From positions 69,031 through 133,030 of the forward strand of contig UQUT01000001.1 of the NCBI GenBank assembly GCA_900544285.1: 64,000 nucleotides of DNA, read 5' to 3'. Under the pieces are notes generated by a model. It did not search any database. It was not told the DNA's origin and saw only the letters and a list, made by a program, of their open reading frames with translations. Position numbers and translations under genes: made by a program. The DNA comes from an uncultured Eubacterium sp. GTDB taxonomy: Bacteria > Bacillota > Clostridia > Oscillospirales > CAG-272. This document shows, piece by piece, positions 1-8,325 of this stretch; positions within the stretch are counted from its first letter, which is position 1; the number at the start of each line of letters is the position of its first letter.

Positions 1-31
1 CAATTATGCGATTTGGGCAATCGCATAATTG
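1..31 (-). terminator. Stem-loop just downstream of the MazF-like gene (possible terminator, cut by window edge)
   Basis: 12-bp perfect inverted repeat caattatgcgat / atcgcataattg at 1-31, about 20 nt after the stop at 52. The downstream U-run cannot be seen. Confidence 0.3.
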
Positions 32-51
32 CTATCTGCGCCACCTTCGAC

Positions 52-606
52 TTATTTCGTGGGCGGCTTTTCAGATCTATCCCGAACAACATATTCAAAG
101 CCCGAGTTATCGCATTTGTCGCATTTCTGCTTGATTTTCGCAAAGGGATCATACCGCTTCACAATATAGTCGGGATTTGATTTGTAGTCTTGCAGGCACC
201 TGCCGCATAAGCACCGGATTTCGCCTTTGTGCTGCGGCTTGTAAACCCACACGCCGAGAGCTTTTTTCAGGCCATTGTTAATCCTGCGGAAAACATTATC
301 ATCATCAACGATTCCGATATAGCTTACGAGATCTGCCTGATTGATTGTTTTGAGCTGCTCGAGCATAACCATTGAAGGCTCTCTCAGTCCGAAGCGGTCG
401 CCCAAGATAATATGCGAGGGCAGATACCGCTTCTTTATTGCTGAGGTTAGAGCCGCAATCACGGTTGTCGTACTTGCCTGATTTCCTTCATCGCACTGCA
501 CGACAAGGACGGGGCGGAGTCCGTTTTGCATAGAGCCTTCATTTTTACCAAAGTCATAAAGGTAAATTTCTCCACGCTTTACTTTCTGATTTTCGTTGGT
601 CGCCAT
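52..606 (-). CDS. PemK/MazF-family toxin-like protein with C-terminal Cys-rich (zinc-ribbon-like) extension
   Basis: The N-terminal ~110 aa show the MazF/PemK pattern (RGEIYLYDFG..G.RPVLVVQ..TTTVIAALTS..LPSHI). The C-terminal ~70 aa carry CLCGRC and CDKCD pairs. ATG at 606 is preceded by GAGAGG. Confidence 0.75.
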   Translation of the reverse strand: MATNENQKVKRGEIYLYDFGKNEGSMQNGLRPVLVVQCDEGNQASTTTVIAALTSAIKKRYLPSHIILGDRFGLREPSMVMLEQLKTINQADLVSYIGIVDDDNVFRRINNGLKKALGVWVYKPQHKGEIRCLCGRCLQDYKSNPDYIVKRYDPFAKIKQKCDKCDNSGFEYVVRDRSEKPPTK

Positions 607-666
607 AATGTATACCTCTCATTTTTAGTATTTGAAAGGTGTTTCGCTGCCGGCTATGAAACAAGT

Positions 667-707
667 CCCTTCACTAATTCCCAGTGGCACCCCCGTTTTG
701 GTCGGGT
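667..707. repeat. Left copy of 41-bp perfect direct repeat (second copy at 63912-63952)
   Basis: cccttcactaattcccagtggcacccccgttttggtcgggt is identical at both loci. It covers the last 10 codons, the TAG stop and 7 nt downstream of the sigma-like gene. Confidence 0.95.
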
Positions 708-1264
708 GTTTCATAAAACTTTTTGAAATTTTTTATCGCAGATACCAACGATTCGTGGATAGAGGTCTTAGATTTACCTTCTTTTTCGGCTATATCCCGT
801 TCAGGTATTTTGTAGATACAGGAAAGGATCAGCCGCCTTCTTTGAGGTTCAGTCAGCATACTCAACGCCTTATATAGCCTTTGATTTCTAAGTTGCAGGT
901 TTTCGATTTCAAACTTTTGCGTAATATAATCGGGAGTAGTTAATTCAGCGTGAAAAGCCTCGCTAACTCCCTCATCGTAACCATATGAATCCTCGCAGTT
1001 GTTCTGACGGTAGGCATATTTCTTTTCGTTTCTGATATAGTCCCTTCGGATTTCTCTGACTTCGGAATCAAGAACGATAAAGGGAGTGTGTGCCGCAATC
1101 TGTTCCGGGTATCTTTCAAGAATTTCTCTCTCGGTCAGATGTGAAATAACCGCCCACTTAGGCTCGCCTATGAACCCGGGATACTCATACCTCAAATTGA
1201 TAACTTTGCAGTCATCGGCAAATTGTTCTTCAATGCTTCTTTCGTTTTCAATATTTGTAGACAT
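674..1264 (-). CDS. Sigma-70 region-4-like / HTH protein typical of conjugative-transposon regulatory ends
   Basis: ATG at 1264 (MSTNIE...) with AAGGAG upstream; the longer track ORF start is unsupported. The C-terminal LTEPQRRRLILSCIYKIPERDIAEKEGKSKTSIHESL resembles a sigma region-4 HTH. Confidence 0.6.
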   Translation of the reverse strand: MSTNIENERSIEEQFADDCKVINLRYEYPGFIGEPKWAVISHLTEREILERYPEQIAAHTPFIVLDSEVREIRRDYIRNEKKYAYRQNNCEDSYGYDEGVSEAFHAELTTPDYITQKFEIENLQLRNQRLYKALSMLTEPQRRRLILSCIYKIPERDIAEKEGKSKTSIHESLVSAIKNFKKFYETPDQNGGATGN

Positions 1265-1704
1265 TTCCGTAATCTCCTTGAATTTGAATTTTGTTGGTGA
1301 GAACAAAATTCGGAGATCACGGATACCTACATATAAATGCCTGCCACGCTGATATAGACATAGAAACCCCTTCCGCTTAGCAAAGCGAAAAGGGCTTCTA
1401 CACAAAAAACAGCCATAGCTTCCAAGATGAACACCTGAAAGCTATGACTGCTTCTTCTTATTCATATTCAATTCGTTCTGCCTAAGCTACTTGTGTTACT
1501 GCCATTAAGGTATAGTAGCTGAAACTGAAATTTCAAGAAAACATTTCATATTTCTCGGCATACCGATTATATCAGGTCGGTTTTACCGTGTCATCGGCAA
1601 AACCCCGCCAATTTGTAGGCATTTTCTTTTCAGCTTCCACTCATACCCTCGATTCACGCCAAAGGCCGTGCTTCGGGCAGCATACACAGTGTAGCACAAG
1701 CAAA

Positions 1705-1757
1705 GTCGGACAATCAGTAGGGATTTAGTCGGACAATGGTCGGACATTAGTCGGACA
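1705..1757. repeat. Four phased direct repeats of GTCGGACA (iteron / arm-site-like array)
   Basis: Copies start at 1705, 1728, 1739 and 1750 (spacing 23, 11, 11 bp). The last copy overlaps the stop codon of CDS 1747-2331. Confidence 0.8.
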
Positions 1758-2331
1758 AGCTTTTGCTCACGAAGAAATCTGGAATTTCACCGCACATATC
1801 AACCTCCTCAATCTGAAATATTCCTTTGAAATAAGGAATCGCATACCCCCATAGGGAAACGCCGAGAAGCATAACCGCCTCTTTTTTTCGGTCGTAAAAG
1901 GTACTGCGCTCCATATTCAACAATTCAAGCAGTTCGCTTTCGGTGTAGCGAAAAGCCGTGAGATAGCTCTTGGATAGTATCTCGTGATAAAGTTTTCCGT
2001 TGTTGTGGTAATCGTAGATTTTCCCCATAGCCGTATCTATGAGGTCAATCATCCACTTATTTTCAAACAAGCTGCATACCCGGTTCTCGAACTCCTGACG
2101 CTCTATATCCGGGGCAAACTGCTCTAAATAGACGAGGGCGCTGTTCAGGTCATCCCCGTAATAGATGATTTCTTCATTTAACCCCTCAGACTTGTTCAGG
2201 GTTATCCATACAACATCCCGGTACACACCGAGAAGCATTTTCGTCCTATGCAGTATATCTTCCCGATCCAAGCGTAACTGCTCGTACATTTTTTGAATCG
2301 TCTTAACTGCGACTGTATCTTTTCTTCCCAT
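1747..2331 (-). CDS. Hypothetical regulator with C-terminal HTH (ArpU / sigma-like, weak)
   Basis: 194-aa ORF with ATG at 2331 and AAGGAGAG upstream. The C-terminal ELLELLNMERSTFYDRKKEAVMLLG looks like a region-4-type HTH. Driven by the consensus minus-strand promoter at 2486-2514. Confidence 0.5.
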   Translation of the reverse strand: MGRKDTVAVKTIQKMYEQLRLDREDILHRTKMLLGVYRDVVWITLNKSEGLNEEIIYYGDDLNSALVYLEQFAPDIERQEFENRVCSLFENKWMIDLIDTAMGKIYDYHNNGKLYHEILSKSYLTAFRYTESELLELLNMERSTFYDRKKEAVMLLGVSLWGYAIPYFKGIFQIEEVDMCGEIPDFFVSKSLSD

Positions 2332-2429
2332 TAGCTCTCCTTATCCGTAAAAAACCGGGCATACTAAAAAGATGTTTGGTTTATCGTATCGTGTGTGAAA
2401 AAAGTTTCCTGACATTTTTTTGAACTCTC

Positions 2430-2458
2430 TTGACAAAACACGCAACTTGCGGTATTAT
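2430..2458 (+). promoter_or_regulatory. Sigma-A type promoter for the XRE/ImmA operon
   Basis: TTGACA (2430-2435), 17-nt spacer, TATTAT (2453-2458). The spacer contains the palindrome CGCAA-C-TTGCG. Confidence 0.7.
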
Positions 2459-2480
2459 ATTTACGCAACTTACTTGCGTA
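2441..2480. promoter_or_regulatory. Palindromic operator sites (ACGCAA / TTGCGT half-sites)
   Basis: cgcaacttgcg at 2441-2451 and tacgcaa-cttac-ttgcgta at 2462-2480. Further half-sites ttgcg (2502) and acgcaa (2522). All lie between or inside the two opposing promoters. Confidence 0.65.
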
Positions 2481-2485
2481 TTGAC

Positions 2486-2514
2486 ATTATACGAAATTAA
2501 CTTGCGCTTGTCAA
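2486..2514 (-). promoter_or_regulatory. Perfect consensus sigma-A promoter reading leftward (towards 2331)
   Basis: Minus strand reads TTGACA (2514-2509), 17-nt spacer agcgcaagttaatttcg, TATAAT (2491-2486). It is face-to-face with the plus-strand promoter at 2430-2458. Confidence 0.75.
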
Positions 2515-2568
2515 TAGGGACACGCAATATAATTTCAGAAATGTGCGAACTATTTGGAGGGCGTAAAA

Positions 2569-2976
2569 ATGAAATTCTGCGAAAAAATAAGGGAAGCCCG
2601 CAAAAATGCAGGCTTGAAGCAAGACGAGTTTGCAAAAGCAATCGGTGTTTCTCTTAGAACAGTATCCAACTACGAATCCGGCGAAAGGTATCCCAAAAAA
2701 CGGGAAACCTATTATAAGATAGCCGAAGTCCTGAAGGTCGATGTCAACTATCTGCTCACCGATGACGAGGAATTTCTGCTCGAGGCAGAAGCGAAGTACG
2801 GCACCAAAGGCGCAAGGCAGGCAAAAGCGCTCGTGGCAGAAGTAAGCGGTCTGTTTGCAGGCGGCGAACTTGCGGACGAAGATCTGGACGAAATGATGAA
2901 GGGCATTCAGGAAGCTTACTGGATCGCCAAAGAGAAAAACAAGAAGTACACCCCCAAAAAATACCGCAAAGAGTAA
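2569..2976 (+). CDS. XRE-family HTH repressor (ImmR-like)
   Basis: ATG at 2569 with GGAGG 8 nt upstream. The N-terminal IREARKNAGLKQDEFAKAIGVSLRTVSNYESG is a classic XRE HTH. Followed by an ImmA-type protease gene. Confidence 0.85.
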   Translation: MKFCEKIREARKNAGLKQDEFAKAIGVSLRTVSNYESGERYPKKRETYYKIAEVLKVDVNYLLTDDEEFLLEAEAKYGTKGARQAKALVAEVSGLFAGGELADEDLDEMMKGIQEAYWIAKEKNKKYTPKKYRKE

Positions 2977-3059
2977 CGGTTCTATTGAGAGTCCGTTTTT
3001 TGGGACATTAGTTATGGGATAATAGAGTTGCGGGCAGTTTAGATTGGAGGTGTTCGCTC

Positions 3060-3575
3060 TTGGATATTCAAACATTAGAAATTGTAAAAAAGGCCAATCG
3101 GCTTGTAAATGAGCTTGGTACACGCAATCCGCACAGAATGGCACGGGAACTTGGAATAGCGGTTATCCCGTTGGATTTTAAGCGGCAGCGTGGTGCATAT
3201 AAAGTTTTAATGCGAAATCGTTTTATCTTCATCAAAAGCGATCTGCACCCGGTAATGGAAAATATCGTAATGTTTCACGAGATCGGACACGACACATTAC
3301 ATAGAGAGGAAGCAATCCGGGCAGGCGGCTTTAAGGAGTTCAATATCTTCGATATGCGGGAAAGCCGTATGGAATATGAAGCGAACATCTTTGCCTCACA
3401 AATCTCCCTGCCGGACGATGAAATCCTTGAATATATTGAGCAGGGATATGATACTCAGCAAATCGCACGGGCTATGTGTTCGGATATTAACTTGGTTGCC
3501 TTGAAAACAGACACGCTTATCGCACAGGGCTATTGTCTGCGCCATCAGGAATATCGCAATCGGTTTTTGAAATAG
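3060..3575 (+). CDS. ImmA/IrrE-family zinc metallopeptidase
   Basis: HEIGH motif (MFHEIGHDTLH) plus a downstream EYEANIFA pattern. TTG start at 3060 with GGAGG upstream. Located directly after the XRE gene. Confidence 0.85.
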   Translation: MDIQTLEIVKKANRLVNELGTRNPHRMARELGIAVIPLDFKRQRGAYKVLMRNRFIFIKSDLHPVMENIVMFHEIGHDTLHREEAIRAGGFKEFNIFDMRESRMEYEANIFASQISLPDDEILEYIEQGYDTQQIARAMCSDINLVALKTDTLIAQGYCLRHQEYRNRFLK

Positions 3576-3584
3576 ATTAACGGA

Positions 3585-5006
3585 ATGGAGAAACCCATTA
3601 TGAGATATACACTTGAAGAACTATGTACCAAAAAGGAAAATCAGGTCTTTGACCGCAAAAGTGCAAGAAAAGACGCCAAAGGATTATCCAATCATATTGT
3701 AGCCTTCGCCAATGCGGACGGAGGTACACTTGTTATTGGCGTAGAGGACAACGGCGAAATAACAGGAATTGACGCATACACCAACAATATCAATGATATT
3801 CTGCGGGTTCCCTTTGACTACTGCAATCCTTCGGTAAGGGTAACTACCGAAACAGTTGAGTGCAAAGACAAGGACGGAAATCTGAACCATCTTCTGATTA
3901 TGACGATTCCCCAAAGTTCTGAGCTTCACGCCAATCAGCAGGACGAGGTTTATTACCGTATGGGTGATAAGTCAAAGAAACTAAACTTTGATGAGCGCTT
4001 GCAGCTTATGTATGCCAAAGGTTCCCGTTACTATGAAGATGAGCCTGTGTTCCGGTCTACGTTAGATGACATTGATATGGATTTCGTCGCCGAATACTGT
4101 AAGAAAATCGGCTACACGAAATCCCCGGAAGAATACATCAGGCAGAACAAAGACTATATTGTAAAGCACGACGGTCGAGAGGAAATGAGTGGGGCTGCGC
4201 TTCTTCTTTTCGGGGCAGATCCACAGCGTTTCTTCCCGAGAGCAAGGGTGCGCTTTATCCGCTATGACGGAACAGAAGCCAAGGTCGGCACACAGATGAA
4301 CGTCATCAAAGATGAGGTTTTCTCCGGTCGTATTCTGGATATGGTTCAGCAGGCGCTTGATTTCGTCCGCAGTCAAATCAAGGAACGCACTCGGCTCGGC
4401 GGCGATGGGCGGTTTGTTACTACGCCCGAATACCCTGAATTTGCTTGGAAAGAAAGCATTGTGAATGCTGTTGCCCATCGTGATTACAGTATCAAAGGAA
4501 CCGACATTCAGATTAAAATGTTTGATGACCGGATCACCGTTGAAAGCCCCGGTATTTTACCCGGTATCGTCCGGCTGAGTAATCTGCGAACCGTACATTT
4601 CTCCCGCAATCCAAAAATCGCTGAATTTTTACACCAATATGACTACGTGAAAGAGTTTGGCGAAGGCGTTGACCGAATGTTCAAAGAAATGGAAAATGCG
4701 GGGCTTCCCGCACCTGAATACAGCGATAATGTCTTTATGCTTAATGTGACGATACGAAATGGGGCAATAAATGAGAAAAGCGGGGTAATAAATGGGGCAA
4801 TAAATGGAGCGATAAATCTATCGTCTACCGAAAGGGCAGTTCTCGAAGCAATAATCGACACTCCGAACATTACAAAGGAAAAATTGCAAATAGTAACTTC
4901 GCTCGGAAAAGGTACAATCGACCGAGCCATCAAAACATTGAAAGAAAAAGAAATTATCAAGCGGGTTGGTTCTAACAAGAATGGATATTGGGAAATGCTG
5001 AAATGA
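3585..5006 (+). CDS. AlbA_2 (Schlafen-like) DNA-binding domain + ATPase-like domain + C-terminal winged-HTH protein
   Basis: N-terminal ENQVFDRKSA...VAFANADGGTLVIGVED fits AlbA_2. Mid region NAVAHRDYS..G..I.I....RI.V.SPG fits HATPase_c_4-like. C-terminal ERAVLEAI....TKEKL fits wHTH. The start lies 10 nt after the ImmA stop; ATG 3600 is an alternative. Confidence 0.75.
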   Translation: MEKPIMRYTLEELCTKKENQVFDRKSARKDAKGLSNHIVAFANADGGTLVIGVEDNGEITGIDAYTNNINDILRVPFDYCNPSVRVTTETVECKDKDGNLNHLLIMTIPQSSELHANQQDEVYYRMGDKSKKLNFDERLQLMYAKGSRYYEDEPVFRSTLDDIDMDFVAEYCKKIGYTKSPEEYIRQNKDYIVKHDGREEMSGAALLLFGADPQRFFPRARVRFIRYDGTEAKVGTQMNVIKDEVFSGRILDMVQQALDFVRSQIKERTRLGGDGRFVTTPEYPEFAWKESIVNAVAHRDYSIKGTDIQIKMFDDRITVESPGILPGIVRLSNLRTVHFSRNPKIAEFLHQYDYVKEFGEGVDRMFKEMENAGLPAPEYSDNVFMLNVTIRNGAINEKSGVINGAINGAINLSSTERAVLEAIIDTPNITKEKLQIVTSLGKGTIDRAIKTLKEKEIIKRVGSNKNGYWEMLK

Positions 5007-5217
5007 AGGTATAGAACATAGACTCGCATAGATCGAACCCCATCCGATTGAACACAGGTGAGCAGGTGTGAATTTGAAAAGCGGAGGCACATTTGAAAGT
5101 GCCTCCGCTTTTCATTTATCACCCTATAAAACGAAGTATAAATCTCTCGTCCGTTGCGAGAACAGTAGCTGTAACACTAAAATCTAAAACCGAAGCGAAC
5201 CCACAGGGCAGCGGTGC

Positions 5218-5766
5218 TTATTTTGCGAGCTTCACGCCTGCCTCAAAAGCTTGATCCAAGAGTTCTGCCGGAATTTGGTCAGCCGTTTCGATACCGCAGC
5301 CCAAAATGCTGTCTACCAGTTCACAGCCTGCGTCAAGGAATGTCTGATTGGTGGCGGTTCTGACACCTTCATAATAAGAAGCATCTGCCGCAAGGTGAGA
5401 GAAAACCGTAACAAGTTTTATTCCCGGATGGCGGGGTGCAAAGTTCTCATCTATCAACGGATAAGATCTGTCAATCAGTTTTTTTGATTGAGAGCTGATG
5501 GAATTAAAGTAAATTGGGAAAGTCGCAACGATTCCGGTTACATCGTTAATCTGTTCAAAAAAAGAAGCCAGACCGTCTTTTGTGGCGCAGCCATCGTTGG
5601 AACGGCAGTAATTACAGCCCTGACAGCCTTTGATAGCTTCGCTGTTCAGGTCGTAGGTAACGACTTCAGCGCCAACAGATTTGGCACCTTCAACGACTTT
5701 TGCGGCAAGTGCTGCGGAAATCCCGTTTTTTCGAGGACTTCCTGAAAATAATAAAATTTTGCTCAT
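5218..5766 (-). CDS. NADPH-dependent FMN reductase / iron-sulfur flavoprotein family
   Basis: MSKILLFSGSPRKNG flavodoxin-like N-terminus plus a CQGCNYC cysteine cluster. ATG at 5766. Confidence 0.7.
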   Translation of the reverse strand: MSKILLFSGSPRKNGISAALAAKVVEGAKSVGAEVVTYDLNSEAIKGCQGCNYCRSNDGCATKDGLASFFEQINDVTGIVATFPIYFNSISSQSKKLIDRSYPLIDENFAPRHPGIKLVTVFSHLAADASYYEGVRTATNQTFLDAGCELVDSILGCGIETADQIPAELLDQAFEAGVKLAK

Positions 5767-5897
5767 AAATAGTACCTCATTTCGTTTTTCGTTTCTTGAC
5801 ACAAGTCAGTATATAAATTATACTATATACGAATAATAAATCAAGTACGCAGAAATTTCGTACATAGTACAGAATATAATACCGAGGTAACTGAAAT

Positions 5898-6257
5898 ATG
5901 GTGAAAATGAGCTTTGAAGAATATCAGCAAATGGTTATAGAGCAGCCTTTTTGCACGGAAAACTGTCCGGTGCAAATGCTGTTTGATACCTTTTCAAACA
6001 AGTGGGTTTTGCGGGTACTTTTTGAGCTAACAAAGGCAGAAAGTATGCGCTTTGGAGAATTGAAAAGCTCTGTCAATGGGGTTACAAACACAATGCTTTC
6101 TTCCACATTAAAGACTTTGGAGGAAACAGGCTTTGTAAACAGAACACAGTTTAATGAAATACCGCCCCACGTTGAATATTCTCTATCGGATAAAGGGAAA
6201 GCCCTGTATCCGATCTTTCTTGAAATTATTAACTGGGCAACTGAATACGGAGTGTAG
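5898..6257 (+). CDS. HxlR-family (MarR-like) transcriptional regulator
   Basis: CPV....DTFSNKWVLRVLFEL....RFGELK....N.MLS..LK.LEE.GFV.R pattern. Divergent from the flavoprotein gene. Confidence 0.8.
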   Translation: MVKMSFEEYQQMVIEQPFCTENCPVQMLFDTFSNKWVLRVLFELTKAESMRFGELKSSVNGVTNTMLSSTLKTLEETGFVNRTQFNEIPPHVEYSLSDKGKALYPIFLEIINWATEYGV

Positions 6258-6297
6258 AATAGCAAGGATTGCCGTAATACACTTGTCCGAAATAAAA

Positions 6298-6337
6298 AGA
6301 ACCTCCTGTGGCTTTTTTGAGCTTCAGGAGGTTCTTC
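6298..6337. terminator. Repeated hairpin, copy 1 (probable terminator of the folT operon)
   Basis: aagaacctcctg..caggaggttctt forms a 12-bp stem, with a U-run on the minus strand (tttttatt). A near-identical copy is at 8694-8734. Confidence 0.6.
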
Positions 6338-6415
6338 GAATTTTGTATTAGCATCATTTTTCGTAATTTCACTCTACAGCTTCATATTTGCTATAAATTT
6401 CAAGGCAAGCGTCAG

Positions 6416-7552
6416 CTATTTCAGACAACCCTTTAGCACGGACACAGCCTGATCCACTTCTTCCTTTGTGTTATAGCCGTGGATGCCAGTACGGATATAT
6501 CCACACCTCATTGAACAGGCGATATTGTTCTGCCTGAGTGTTGCATAAGTCTCCTCTATTTTGGACGGACGGAAAGATACAATGGTAGACCTTGTACTAT
6601 CCCGTTCCGTACAGGGGACAAGCTCCACCGGAAGTTTGCGAAGCTCCTCAATTAAGTATCCACTGACATTCCAAGCAGCTTTATGGATTTCATCAAATCC
6701 GATCTGCTTCATCAGCAAAAGCGAAGCACGCAGTCCGGCAATTCCCGGCGCATTCGGCAATGAGCCTTCAAACCTTGAAGCATCTTCCTTCAGGTCAAAC
6801 GGATAATTTGTAGAATCCACAAAAGTCTTCATGCTGTCTGCGCCTACAAACGGGGGGATCAGTTCGGGAATCAGGTCCTTCCTGACGTACAAAAATCCGG
6901 TTGCAAAAGGCCCCAGCAGCCATTTAGAAGAAAGCCCGGCCATAACATCGATTTGATACTTTTTCACATCCATCGGCATCACGCCAAGCGATTGGGCGCA
7001 GTCAACCACCAAATACGCCTGATGTGCCCGACACCAGGCGCCGACGGCTTCCAGATCCGTCTTGAACCCATCGCCAAATTCCACACTGCTCACCGAAACC
7101 GCCCGGGTGCGCTCGTCTGCATATCGTTCCAATAGCTCCGTAGTCAATCCGCCGCCCTGGTGAGGAACAATCCGTACCTCTATCCCTTTCACCCGTTCCA
7201 ATTGCATCCAGGGATAGACATTAGAGGAAAACTCCCGGTTACAGAGAATAATATTATCTCCTGCTTGAAGCGGCAAGGAACCGGCGGCAGAGTTGATGCC
7301 GTAGGTCACGCTCTCCGTAAATGCAATCTCTTCCGGAGATGCGCCCATCAACTCCGCCAGCAAGGATTTGCAGGAAGAAAAAACCTCTTCCGCAAAGCGG
7401 TAATATTTCATCGGCATGGTCTGCCGCAGTTTCATACAGGCATTCATCGCCTCCGTCACACAAGGCGCTACCGGCCCCATAGACGCATTGTCAAAAAACA
7501 CGCCCCTACTGGTCGTCTGCTGAAAAGCCTCTCGAAACAATTCGATTCCCAT
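6416..7552 (-). CDS. Class-V aminotransferase / cysteine-desulfurase-like PLP enzyme
   Basis: ATG at 7552 (MGIELFREAF) overlaps the folT stop (TGATG). Class-V pattern seen: FFDNASMGP...VSVSSVEFGDG...DCAQSLG...AGLSSKWL. Confidence 0.75.
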   Translation of the reverse strand: MGIELFREAFQQTTSRGVFFDNASMGPVAPCVTEAMNACMKLRQTMPMKYYRFAEEVFSSCKSLLAELMGASPEEIAFTESVTYGINSAAGSLPLQAGDNIILCNREFSSNVYPWMQLERVKGIEVRIVPHQGGGLTTELLERYADERTRAVSVSSVEFGDGFKTDLEAVGAWCRAHQAYLVVDCAQSLGVMPMDVKKYQIDVMAGLSSKWLLGPFATGFLYVRKDLIPELIPPFVGADSMKTFVDSTNYPFDLKEDASRFEGSLPNAPGIAGLRASLLLMKQIGFDEIHKAAWNVSGYLIEELRKLPVELVPCTERDSTRSTIVSFRPSKIEETYATLRQNNIACSMRCGYIRTGIHGYNTKEEVDQAVSVLKGCLK

Positions 7553-8082
7553 CACAGTCTCCCGCCTTGTTTGCTTACAGGACCTTCCGCCTTTCTCACC
7601 AAGTCCACCACACGGTATGCCACCAAACGGATACACAGCACCTGAATGGGAATGGTAATCAGGTTTTGCACAATACGTGTCGGCAGCAAAACAAGATACC
7701 CTTTCCCCGTTAAAAGCATCAGCCAGAATGTCTGCAAGATTACACTGATAAAAACGCTCTCACAGACCACGCAAAGGATGACACGCCTGATGTCCGCCGG
7801 CTTGCGGTATAAAAACACACCGTAAATCACACCGGACAGGATTGCCGAAATCGTCATCGGCGGGAAATACCCAAATCCGCCCAGCACTGCCACCAGAATA
7901 TCTCCAATGGCTCCTGCTACACCGCCCCACACCGGGCCGTAAAGCATAGCAACAATCACAAGGGGCAAGAAGGCAAAACCAATTTTTACAATCGGCAGCG
8001 AAATAGAAAGAAAGCGTCCGGCTACCACCTGAGCCGCAACCAACATACCGATAACCACAATTTTTTTAACTTTAGAATTCAT
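7552..8082 (-). CDS. folT: ECF-transporter S component, folate family
   Basis: 176-aa multi-TM protein (RFLSISLPIVKIGFAFLPLVIVAMLYGPVWGG..GD). Preceded by a THF-riboswitch-like leader. GGAGG lies upstream of ATG 8082. Confidence 0.7.
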   Translation of the reverse strand: MNSKVKKIVVIGMLVAAQVVAGRFLSISLPIVKIGFAFLPLVIVAMLYGPVWGGVAGAIGDILVAVLGGFGYFPPMTISAILSGVIYGVFLYRKPADIRRVILCVVCESVFISVILQTFWLMLLTGKGYLVLLPTRIVQNLITIPIQVLCIRLVAYRVVDLVRKAEGPVSKQGGRL

Positions 8083-8125
8083 TAAAATATACCTCCAGAA
8101 TTAGAATAAATCGACTGCGTGTTTG

Positions 8126-8175
8126 AAAACAGAAAAAACCTCCTTTTTATGTAGAATCCGCTACATAAATGGAGG
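8126..8175 (-). terminator. Intrinsic terminator (expression platform of the THF-like leader)
   Basis: Minus strand reads cctccatttatgtag-cggatt-ctacataaaaaggagg followed by ttttttctgtttt. Confidence 0.65.
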
Positions 8176-8206
8176 CAGTTCGACTATTCTTCTTCCAGAA
8201 TATGTA

Positions 8207-8325
8207 GCAACGGGATGCGGACTCTGCACCGCCAGTGAATGCTTCACTGTTCGTCCCACCGCCAACTCCCCGTCCGGTGGGCACTTCGTGCCGATTGGCA
8301 CACGCACAAAACCCTACTTTGCTGT
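8207..8325 (-). promoter_or_regulatory. THF (tetrahydrofolate) riboswitch-like aptamer
   Basis: The minus strand contains AGUAGG...UGCGUG...GGGGAGUUGGCGGUGGGA...CCGCAUCCCGUUGCU. This recalls the conserved THF elements, and it sits upstream of folT. Called from memory of the consensus, not from a covariance model. Confidence 0.55.

Noticed and set aside
4761-4815. Short tandem repeat (ggggcaataaat units)
   Set aside because: It lies inside CDS 3585-5006 and encodes a GAIN/GVIN peptide repeat. It has no spacer/repeat architecture, so it is not a CRISPR array.
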